A stretch of 64,000 bases of DNA from Eledone cirrhosa (lineage: Eukaryota). The stretch lies in NCBI GenBank assembly GCA_964016885.1, contig OZ024743.1:161076001-161140000 (forward strand), written 5' to 3'. This document shows, one piece after another, positions 52,213 through 64,000 of this stretch. Under the pieces are notes generated by a model. That model was given only the letters and a program-made list of their open reading frames with translations, was not told the origin of the DNA and made no database searches. The translations under genes were made by a program, and so were the position numbers. Each line of letters starts with the position of its first letter. Position 1 is the first letter of the stretch.

Positions 52213-55200
52213 AGTCAACGCGATCAATCGTATATTTTGTCGTGGGAGACTATTTATTAAATTTAAGATGAATACTATCTCCGACAGTAGTGCCACAACT
52301 ACAGTCATGTTGAATAACTGGATATTCTTCTAACTATCCCTTCTGAAGACACTTTTTATTCGAATTCGTAGAGATATCCGACTAAATACATAATTCATTT
52401 TACAAGGATGTGCTACAAACAGCATGGCTGAACACAACATCAACAACAAAATTAAGGGCGTACCGAAGACAACCAACAAGAAAGGTAAACAAACTTTATT
52501 CAGTTGTAGCTACAGAAGAAACCTAAATTATGAATCGCATTTCTCTTGGAATTGCGAACTTATTAATGATTTATTTAATTGTTATAAAATGGCAAAAAGC
52601 AATCCCTCCATTGGCTATAAAAACAGAATGAAGCTACACTGGGACGAAATGCACCCAGAGCTAAATTATTTCACAGCGAAACAATTACGCCAACAAGCGA
52701 CGTTTGTTGAAAGTAAAAATAAGATAAATATTATTAATTGTAAGTCCCCCACAACAACAAACATGGAATCAACAATACGTGCTACAGGTCGCCATGCTAC
52801 TAGACTTCTTAGCAGCCAGGTCGAACAGCACCTTGAAACAACTATGCTTGTAAGAAACTTGACACCACCTGTACCATCTAAGTCTACCTCCAATGCTGGG
52901 GAAAACATTATCGATAATAATCGAAGAAATAATGATAATAATCGAAGAAATTTGACACCACGTGTACCATCCGAGTCTACCTCGACTTTTGTGGAAAATA
53001 CTATCGATAATGATAATAATCAAAAGTATAAACAATTGAAAATTTCCCTCAACGAAATCTTCCACAGAGAAATTAATTCATGTATAAATATCTCTCTTGC
53101 TGAAAACGACAATGTTTAATAAGAAAAGAAAAAAAATAATGAAATATTACGTGTTATTGACGAAATAGGGGATGAATATTTACGACGGATAAAAACCCCA
53201 ACATTTTGGCAAATCAACGCCTGTTTATATGCCTTAGCAATGACAGTGAAGCATCATCTTGGTGATAGCAGAGATATTAACAAGAACAGAACACCACCAA
53301 AAATACCATCATATATAACTAAAATAGAAAAAAAGTTTGCTGACCTACGAAAAACTATAGGATATGTGACAATGCTGCTAACATGCAAACAAACACAAAA
53401 ACACCTCACTCCTCACCAACAAAGAGTAAAAAATAAAATAGAGACGATGTTTGGTAACAGTAGAACCAGAACTCTTCAATATAAGCTGATCACCCTCAAA
53501 CAAGAATTGAGAGCTGTTAACGAAAAACGCCGATACCCGAAGAAGGTAGATGAGAGAAAAATGCTTAATAAAAGACTTAGACGAAACCAAACATCAGTCT
53601 ATAGAGATATGAAGAACAAAATAATAAGTGTCACTGAGGCCCCATCCCAGAAAGACATAGATTCCTTTTGGAGCAAAATATGGGTTGAAAAGAAGAATGT
53701 CAACCGAGATGCAGTGTGGCTAAGAGAAATCCAAAAGAACTATTGCTCCTACACTACAACAAAAACATACGAAATAAGTGAGGGAATCCTTGAGACTGTG
53801 ATAGGAAAACTCCAAGATAAGAAAACACCAGGAAGAGACATGATTGTCGGCTACTGGTACAAAAAACTGATATTCTATCGGAGGTATCTTACTGACCTCT
53901 ACCAACAAGTTCTTACGGGAGATACACTTATACCAGAATGGTTGACATTAGCACAAACGTTACTGGTCCCCAAGAACAAAGACACCCACTTGGCAAAAAA
54001 CTACCGACCCATTGCATGCCAGAACCTGATGTATAAGATGTATACAGCCTGCCTGAACCTATTCCTCCAAGATCACTGTGAAAATAATATCATCACAGAT
54101 GAACAAGCAGCTGGAAAGAAAGGGGTTTGGGGATGTGCTGAACAACTCCTAATCAACAAAACTGCGATTACGGAGGTGCGACAACTTAAGAGGAATATGG
54201 CTACAGACTGGCTGAACTACAGGAAAGCTTTCGATTCTGTTCCCCACTCTTGGACGATAGAGACCCTCCAACTTGCTAAAGTCCCAGACATTATTGTCAG
54301 AGCCATAGAGAGGCTGTCTTCTTCTTGGGCTACTATCCTAAGGTTAAAGACAGAGAGGGAGGACTCTATTTTCACTGATAAAATAAAATATTGCAGGGGT
54401 ATATTTTAGAGGGACAGTCTCTCTGTGATATTATTCATCTTGTCATTAAACCCCTTGTCCTTTCTGCTCGAGAAATGTGAGGGATACATCATTGGCTCAC
54501 AGGAGGACAGAAATACGAACCCAATCCATAATTTCTCTGTGGACGAATTTTGTTCATTGAGAGATATTCCCTGTGTGATAATCAAAACCTCACACCCAGG
54601 GAAGTCGCTCAGCAGTATCGCATTGAATCCATGGATGAAAAACTGCATGCTTATCAGCAAAAAATCATACATGGATATGTTGCCAGGAAGCTCCAGAGTG
54701 AGAGTAATATAGATAAGGAAAGTAGTCTATCTTGGACCAACAACCGCTATATTGGCTCCCACTTTGAAGGATACGCATTTGCTATCCAAGAACATGAAAT
54801 TAACACGAAATACCTGATTTACAAAAGAGATAGGGATGCAAGAAAAACACCTAAATGTGATAGCAGTGCAGACTCTGCAGAACTATCATCGAGGATATCA
54901 CCCATGTTATCAGCAGCTGTCCAAAGATGTCATCGCGGTACAATCTACCTATGAGGCATGATGCAGTGGCCAAAACACTGTACAATGCAGTTCGTAAAAA
55001 AGATAGCCCCGATAATAAACACATTAAAAGCTACAGCAATGTGGAAGACATCCATGTACGTAATAAGGAAGAGTACTGGTGGAATGTTCCAGTAAAAACC
55101 CCAATAAAATGCAGGCATAACAGACCAGATATTATGATATGGGACAGGGAGAAGAAAACATGCACAGTAGTGGAAATTAGCTGCCCAGCAGATGCCAATA

Positions 55201-55716
55201 TAATATCAAAGATTAGCGAAAAGGAGAATATTTATGCAGAACTGATGAGAAATCTGCAGATACTCCACCCTGATTACACCTTCAGATTTATGCCTGTGAT
55301 TATTGGGGCACTGGGGTATGTTAGTAACTGCCTCAATACAAATCTTGAGAAGCTAGGCTTCACAGGAACAGAAAGAACACAACTAGTTAGGAAATTACAA
55401 GTACAATCCATTAATGGAACAGTAAAAATATGTAAAATATTCCAAAAAATATGTAAAACATTCCAAAAATACACATGTACAGATACAAATCATATACACA
55501 TACACACATACAACTCAAAACATACACATACACACATACATCTCAAAACATACACATCCACACATACAATAACATACATATCTACACATGCAGACATGCA
55601 TACATAATCTACCTAGTTGATGTTGTGTAAATTCAAATGAGAGAGCCTTGTGTCTATGTTAGAAACCGACTCTCTCTCTATTGGTAAAAATTTGTGAAAT
55701 TATAAAACCAGAAGAA
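52213..55716 (+). mobile_element. R4/Dong-like element, same family as 40785, with an internal deletion of roughly 650 bp near 54548
   Basis: Same ends (agtcaacgcgatc ... ataaaaccagaagaa) and ORF fragments; (CATA)n on both sides. Confidence 0.9.
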
Positions 55717-55782
55717 CATACATACATACGGTTACGGTCTCATGAATGAAACAAGTAAAAAGAAAAGATATATATACACGTA

Positions 55783-56313
55783 CAAGGTGCATCCAGGAAG
55801 TTTTGAGACTTCTTCAGGAGAGCGATTAATTAATTTCAAAGAAGTACAAAACTCTAATTACTTTCAAAGTAGGATCCTCTGACTTCAATGCACTTGTTGT
55901 AGTGCTTCAACTACGTCGTGAATGCCCATGGAAGTCCTTCAAAGTGGAGGTGTCCAGGACCCAAGTCACAGTTTACTTCATCTTCTTAATTTCTTTAAAA
56001 CGACTGCCCCCTGAGGTTCTCTTTCAGCTTGGGGAACAACCAAATGTCACAGGGAGCAAGGTTTGGACTGCAGGAAGGGTGAGTGGACAGTTTTGATACC
56101 CATCTCCGTCCTTCCTTCTGTTTGTCACTGAGCACCCTAGGAACACACTTATTTCACGCATATTCAGATCTTCAGGAGTAATTCTGTGCGCATTTGACAA
56201 AAGTTGGCAGGTCAATTTATTAGATGTTTAATGATATACTAAAATTACAATACTTTAGGACAGTTGTAACTGCCTCTCCTAAAAACGTCTCAGAACTTCT
56301 GGAATGCAGCTTG
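55783..56313 (-). mobile_element. Internally deleted mariner element
   Basis: Imperfect ~27-bp TIRs caaggtgcatccaggaagttttgagac / gtctcagaacttctggaatgcagcttg, TA flanks, minus-strand HPSCSPNLAPCDIWLFPKLK (mariner YSPDLAP-D motif). Confidence 0.85.
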
Positions 56314-56564
56314 TATATATGATATAATACATAATTTCATTCATGTTGTTAATTTTCCTTGTAAACATGCTGCCATGTTAGACATTAATTTATACAGCAG
56401 ATGATCGATAAATTTGTGGTTTGGATCCAGTCAGTTTGCGTCTCTCCTTTTCTATCCCAAAGTGGTCTGTATATATAAGATATCACATGTATACTTTTAT
56501 ATAAACACACCTACACATACACAAACCTACACACATATATAGATTGATAGATAAAAACTAGCAC

Positions 56565-56866
56565 ACCGTCGACGGCGCGTGTTCCAGTTGATATTATCAA
56601 CAGAACAGACTGCTCGTGAAATTAACGTGCAAGTGGTTGAGCATTCCACGGACACGCGTACTCTTAGTGTAGTTCTCGAAGAGGATCAGCATGACACAGA
56701 ATATGACAAAGCCGGCCCGACGAATTACATGTACAGCTCATTTTGCCAGCTGAATAGACTGGGGCAACGTAAAATAAAGTGTCTTGCTCAAGTACACAAC
56801 GTACTGTCAGGAATCGAACTCACGACATTTCGATCGTGAGTCGAATACCCTATCCACAAAGCCAGA
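56565..56866 (-). mobile_element. tRNA-derived SINE, second family
   Basis: Minus strand A box tggctttgtgg, B box gagttcgattcc, then ttgagcaagacactttat. Confidence 0.75.
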
Positions 56867-57549
56867 CACTTTCACAAATAAATAGATAAATAATGGACGA
56901 ATTGCCAAGATGAAAAAGTTAAGACGTTTTATTTTTCTAACGCATGTTTCTACAATGAATGAGGAGAAAAATACAGAGGGGGGAGGGGATAAGAATAGTG
57001 AAAAACATTGATCAAGCACCATTGTTAATAAAGGTGTCTATATATTATAATCTGAAACATTGATTTGAGGAATTTAGTATCAAACTTTAATCGCATTCAG
57101 TCTTGTGTCATCAGAGAGTTTATAAAATACACAATTAAGGAATGTTAGTAAAAAGACATCTTAGCAACACAATAACATACCTCAAGAATAGCCGTAACAA
57201 ACTAATGCTATATATATAAGGAAGTTTGTTTGAATATTGACCGCTAAAAATACTAAATAAAATTGATAATAATTAAGGTTTCATGTGTGTTTTCAACTAA
57301 TCTGACCTCTATTAAGCTAACTGTCGACTTATTTTCCGAAAATGGAAGGGGGGGGGGGGCAATTGGAGAAAAATGTACTGCAGTTCCAAGTACACAAGTA
57401 CTGTCTCTTCGAACGTTATGCTATCAATATACAAAGAGAGAAACACTATAAATCTCACTCTAACTAAAACGTTTGTTGTCGACAAGTCTAACATCTGACT
57501 CACTTTCTCTCCCTCACTCACCTTTTTCTCTCTATCTGTATGTATATCC

Positions 57550-58070
57550 AGTCAGACCCCTCCACCTCCCCGTCTTCCCACTCCCGACCCTCCCCTCCTT
57601 CAAGCGCGCACGCAACCTCCGCAACCTCTTCGTCCGTAACTCCCTATGCCCCACACCCCCGTTCCTCCCCCGATCCCTTCCCCGCTCCCGACCCCTCTTC
57701 CACACATGCCCCCACATCACCAACACCATCACCTTCCAGGGACCCAATGGCCACTCCCTCCTTGTCTGGCATTCCTTTCGATGCACCTCCTCCAGCCTTG
57801 TCTATGGACTCCGCTGCACGGAGTGCAGTGCGCAGTGTGTCGGACAGACGGGACGCCGTTTGGCCGACCGGTTCGCCGAGCAACTCTGCCTCGGCTCGTA
57901 TTCCCCCATCGCCCAACATTCCTGCTTAGCCGGGCATTCCACTTGCAACCTGACCGTCTGTGGCCTGATTGCACGCCCGGAACCCCGGATGCCGGATTGA
58001 GGGCCGAGCATCGCACGATATTCAGACTTCAGACATGCACCACCCCTGGTTTGAACTCCCCGATATTTTC
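57550..58070 (+). pseudogene. Penelope-like GIY-YIG endonuclease fragment, GC-rich family
   Basis: SFKRARNLRNLFVR...HTCPHI...FRCTSSSLVYGLRCTECSAQCVGQTGRRLADRFAE. Confidence 0.8.
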
Positions 58071-58978
58071 CGCACACACGCAACTACGCACCATACACTA
58101 ACCACATCACCTACAGACATACCACGCATTCAATTCTTTTCAACCTTACACACACACACGCACATCTACACATACACACACACTTCAACCCACACCGGCT
58201 CCAGATTTGACACGTTCTCATCCCACCCGGCCCCCTCGATCCACACACACATACATACACACCAACACCCATACAGGGACTATACACGCACAGATATATA
58301 CTCCACCCCAACACACACACACAATGTATTTTCAAAACCTACATTCACATACACTCGCTTCCTTCCAGACTCTCATACTTACATCCACACATACACACAC
58401 ACACACTTACATCTACACATACACACACACCTTACCTTCCGCCATCCCCGCCCAGACTGATTTTCTTGCTCCCCCAACCCACCCTTTCACTCCCTCTCTC
58501 TCCCTTCACCACCCCTATACACACTACCACACCCTTGCCATCCCGGACATATAGACCCCTCCTACCCCCTTTATTTTCATTTTTTTAAACTTATTTTTCC
58601 TTTCTTTTCTGGTTCTTTACTCGTTAACTTCCCTCCTTGCAGCCCTCCATACTTCCTCTCAGAGTTCCTCTCAACCTTCCTCCACTCCCACCAAGCGTGA
58701 AACTAATACAACTATGTACAATTGACTCCTGCGTTTGTTCTTTTCAACTACATGTATACACACACACACACTCACACACGCACACATTTATATATATATA
58801 TGTGTATTTTAATTGTGTCTCATATAAAATAATACAACTGGCTATCCGCAAAATACATATGGTTAGCACCCCAAACGTAAAATTGGGATTATACTAAGGT
58901 ATATCCTAATGTTTGTTGAGTGAGATGGAAGCCAGTCAGAGTATAGCTTGAAGCTTTAAGCTTTCTCTGTTAATGTAT

Positions 58979-59071
<93 letters not shown>

Positions 59072-59203
59072 GTGAGGTTTTTTTTTACAAAATGAAAAAT
59101 AACCGAGGTGTCCTACACGAGTGAAAGTATAAAGAAAAAGAGATGAAATCGAAAATGCAACTGAAGTCTTATTTTTTTTAAAAATATATATATTTATTTG
59201 GTT

Positions 59204-59241
59204 CCTTTACCGGTTTCGCAGTTCTTCTGCTTTTCAAAAGG
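59204..59241 (-). ncRNA. Minimal hammerhead, U3:A8 core variant (weaker relative at ~59470-59505)
   Basis: CCTT-TTGAAAA-GCAG-aagaa-CTGC-GAAAC-cg-GTA^-AAGG; all three stems pair. Confidence 0.72.
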
Positions 59242-59882
59242 TGAGTTGAGATGGAGGGTCTGTGGTTTTTCTCATATATATATATATATGAAAATAGGGA
59301 TAAAAAGACGATTATTAGGAAGAAAAATTTTTTTTTTTCCTTTTATTCTTTTCTCTTTTTTCTGGGTTAGAAAATATTTAAAACAAAATATTTTACTTTG
59401 TGTGAAGTGTTAAGGTATTAGTTAATTTATTTATTAATTAACAATGCCATTTATTTATATATTTATATAATTTACCGGTTTCACCATTTTATGCATTATC
59501 AAAGGGTGGAATTTGTATTGGTGTAAAATGTTGGTGATGTTGAGCATGTTAAGGAAATGGGGAAGAAAGAATAATATTATTTACAAACAAGGTTTTTGAA
59601 GTGAAAAGAAAAAAAAGAAAAAGAGGAGGTATGTCGAACATGATAAGGTAATGGGAAAGAAAAAAATAATATTATTTACAGGCATAGTTCTTGAGAATAA
59701 TATATATACATATATATATACATATATATATATACATATATATATATATTTATTAAAATAACAGATTAAACTTTAATCTGTTATTTTAATAAATATTTGC
59801 TCTACGGTTCTTATATATTTGATATATATTTATCCTTATCGAGCCCTCTTTGGATTTTAGTCTTCAAATTTATTATTATTAC

Positions 59883-60557
<675 letters not shown>

Positions 60558-60564
60558 ATATATA

Positions 60565-61899
<1,335 letters not shown>

Positions 61900-62559
61900 A
61901 TTAATAATAGATTCATCATTGCATGTATGTGTGTGTGTGAGTACGCGCGTGCGTGCGTGTGTGTGTGTGCACGTGTGTGTGTGAGTGCATGTGTGTGTGA
62001 GTGCGTCTGGGGGGGGGGGGGCTTTTTAACACGATTTTTCATTGTTGCAATAATACAATATTGTTCAGTTATAACAAAGAAGTCAAATTCAAAAAGCAGA
62101 AACATGAGACCCGTTAACTTAGTTCAATAACTGTGATGTTATAAAATAAAAACATTTGTAAGTGTATAAATTTATTTGCTATTTCAGGAGGCATTAAAAT
62201 GTAGAAATGAAAACAAGAGAACTTGAATTGCAGCTGTGGTATTTAAAACTAACGATTTTACGACGTCCTTAATGCTTTTTACAGTAAATCTGCTTTTTTC
62301 TCAGTGGACGTCTTTGCTAAATAAATGCATTCTTACATACATACATGCATACATAGATTTAATTATATACATTACATACAAGCAAACGGACACAAAAACA
62401 GACAGACAAATATATAGGTAGGTAGATAGATAGATTTGTTTCATTATTAGCCACAGTGGCACAAAAGAAGGGGACAAATACAAAGGTGAAGTTTACATAC
62501 AATAAAAACGTGTAAAATACTATCACAAATGCAATTTAAAAATTAATCGATTTTCCCCA

Positions 62560-64000
62560 ATAGGGGGAGATTTTTCATATGGGTAACACATACCCCCGAA
62601 AAAATGTGCAACCCTCATCTCCAGGAATACGAAGAGTTTGTACCCCTTTCCTCTCTTCCTCTTTTTCCTCAACCTACAGGCTGATATAGAGAGAATGCCC
62701 ATTCACTCGGGCCATTCTCGCCACTTTCACCCACCTTTCATAAAACTTGCTGGGGTACAGCACCTCTCTCTCCATCCTGATTCTTCTTCCAAAGTGGTAT
62801 TTGAAAAAAAGAATCAGTTATTGGCCGGAGAGAAAGGTGTCTGACCTCAGCCCTTTTAACCTCGTCCACCATTCAACCTCTTTCGCCATAGCTATCACAC
62901 AAAGGAAAACCGCATCTCCTTCGTTTTTGAAGGAGGGTGGCGGTTTGATCATAACAATGGACCCGATTGTCCCACCCGCGACAATAGTCGTTCTACATAG
63001 CCCCACAGGTCGGTAACGCCCGGGCGGTGTATGAATGCGTGCACGACGGTTTCTTCGTCTCGTACGTATCTCGGACAGATCTTTTTCGAAGGGTCCCTGC
63101 CCAGGCGCCCATGTCTGTAGATCTTGTCTCGAACTGGTTGAGCTCCTCGGTAGCACTGCCAGGCCAGGGACTTTCGGAAGTTGTCCATCGGTCCCAGGCG
63201 GAAGGTCCTACCGAACAGACTGGCCAGTTCGTATTCCTCTACGCCCAGAGTTTCTCCGAGCGTGTCGTCGCACTTGCTGCGGATCAACCCTCTATAGAAT
63301 GACGAAGTGGAGTCTCTACTGACCGCCGGGTCTGCCTGCCAGAGGGCTGTGGATCCTGGACTCAGAGATAGCAATTACATCCATACTGTGCGACCTGAGG
63401 TCGTTTAAGAGTTTGCCCTGTTTCCAGGGCATCCCCAGGCCGCGCACATTCACACACCTGACTTTTAAAACGGCCATGTTGGTGAGGAAGAGTTAGAAAA
63501 GAAGAGAAAAGAATTCACTTACATCCTCACTTCCTGGAGACCAGGCTGCACAATGTCCATAGGGGTGTTGGAGGGGTTGTTTGGTAGGGTGGTGGTTCCT
63601 GGTGGGGTGGGGACGGAGATACTTGGTGGTGAGGGGTGTCTGGGCTGAGGGTGGGGAAACGTTTCAAGAGGACGCGGTTCGTTGGTTTAATACATATTCG
63701 CCACGTCCTCAGCAAAGTTTTCCTTTAAGGACTTATAGGTGTCCGTAGGGACCCTAATCATCCTTAAATTAAGTTTGTCTTTACATTTGGTAAAATATTT
63801 TCCTTCGGTTTCCACGGAAGGGTTTTTGGAGATGACCTCCATCAAGGTTTTATTGTCAGTCTTTATGTATGTATAATATTTTTGTTGTGTTGTGTTAGTT
63901 TTTGTCTGTTGTTCTTGTGTGTGTTTTCGTTTTGTTGTGGGTATTTGTGTTTGGAGTGTTATCATTGTTTTGTTTCCGGGAGGGGGGATTTTTGTTTGTA
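62560..64000 (-). mobile_element. Tx1/L1-like LINE with a large internal deletion (putative ORF1 remnant, ORF2 start fused to ORF2 end)
   Basis: ATG 63477 MAVLKVRCVNVRGL..DVIAISES joined near 63350 to TALWQ..FYRGL..GPMDNFRKSLAWQCY, homologous to 31810-32490. Confidence 0.8.

Overview
AT-rich eukaryotic DNA with no recognisable host gene. It is almost entirely transposable elements nested in (TA)n, (CATA)n, (TG)n and (ATT)n microsatellites. From memory the SINEs resemble those of Octopus, so a coleoid cephalopod host is inferred, not checked. Main result: the 310-bp tandem repeat at 1-3720 carries a complete minimal type I hammerhead ribozyme (HHR) in each of its 12 units, on a highly self-complementary monomer, and the array switches strand at 926. 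This is the architecture of a non-LTR retrozyme, a self-cleaving retroelement that forms circular RNA. Several other HHR-bearing units lie in the (TA)n tracts: ~465-nt and 685-nt monomers with terminal redundancy, HHRs with large stem II insertions, and HHRs with a compensatory U3:A8 core. Decayed Penelope-like elements nearby could supply the reverse transcriptase. Also present: one intact RTE-type LINE ORF, three R4/Dong-like elements inserted in (CATA)n and alternating with RTE-derived short elements, three Tx1/L1-like LINE relics, tRNA-derived SINEs, and hAT, mariner and Helitron relics. All RNA folds were paired by eye and coordinates counted by hand.
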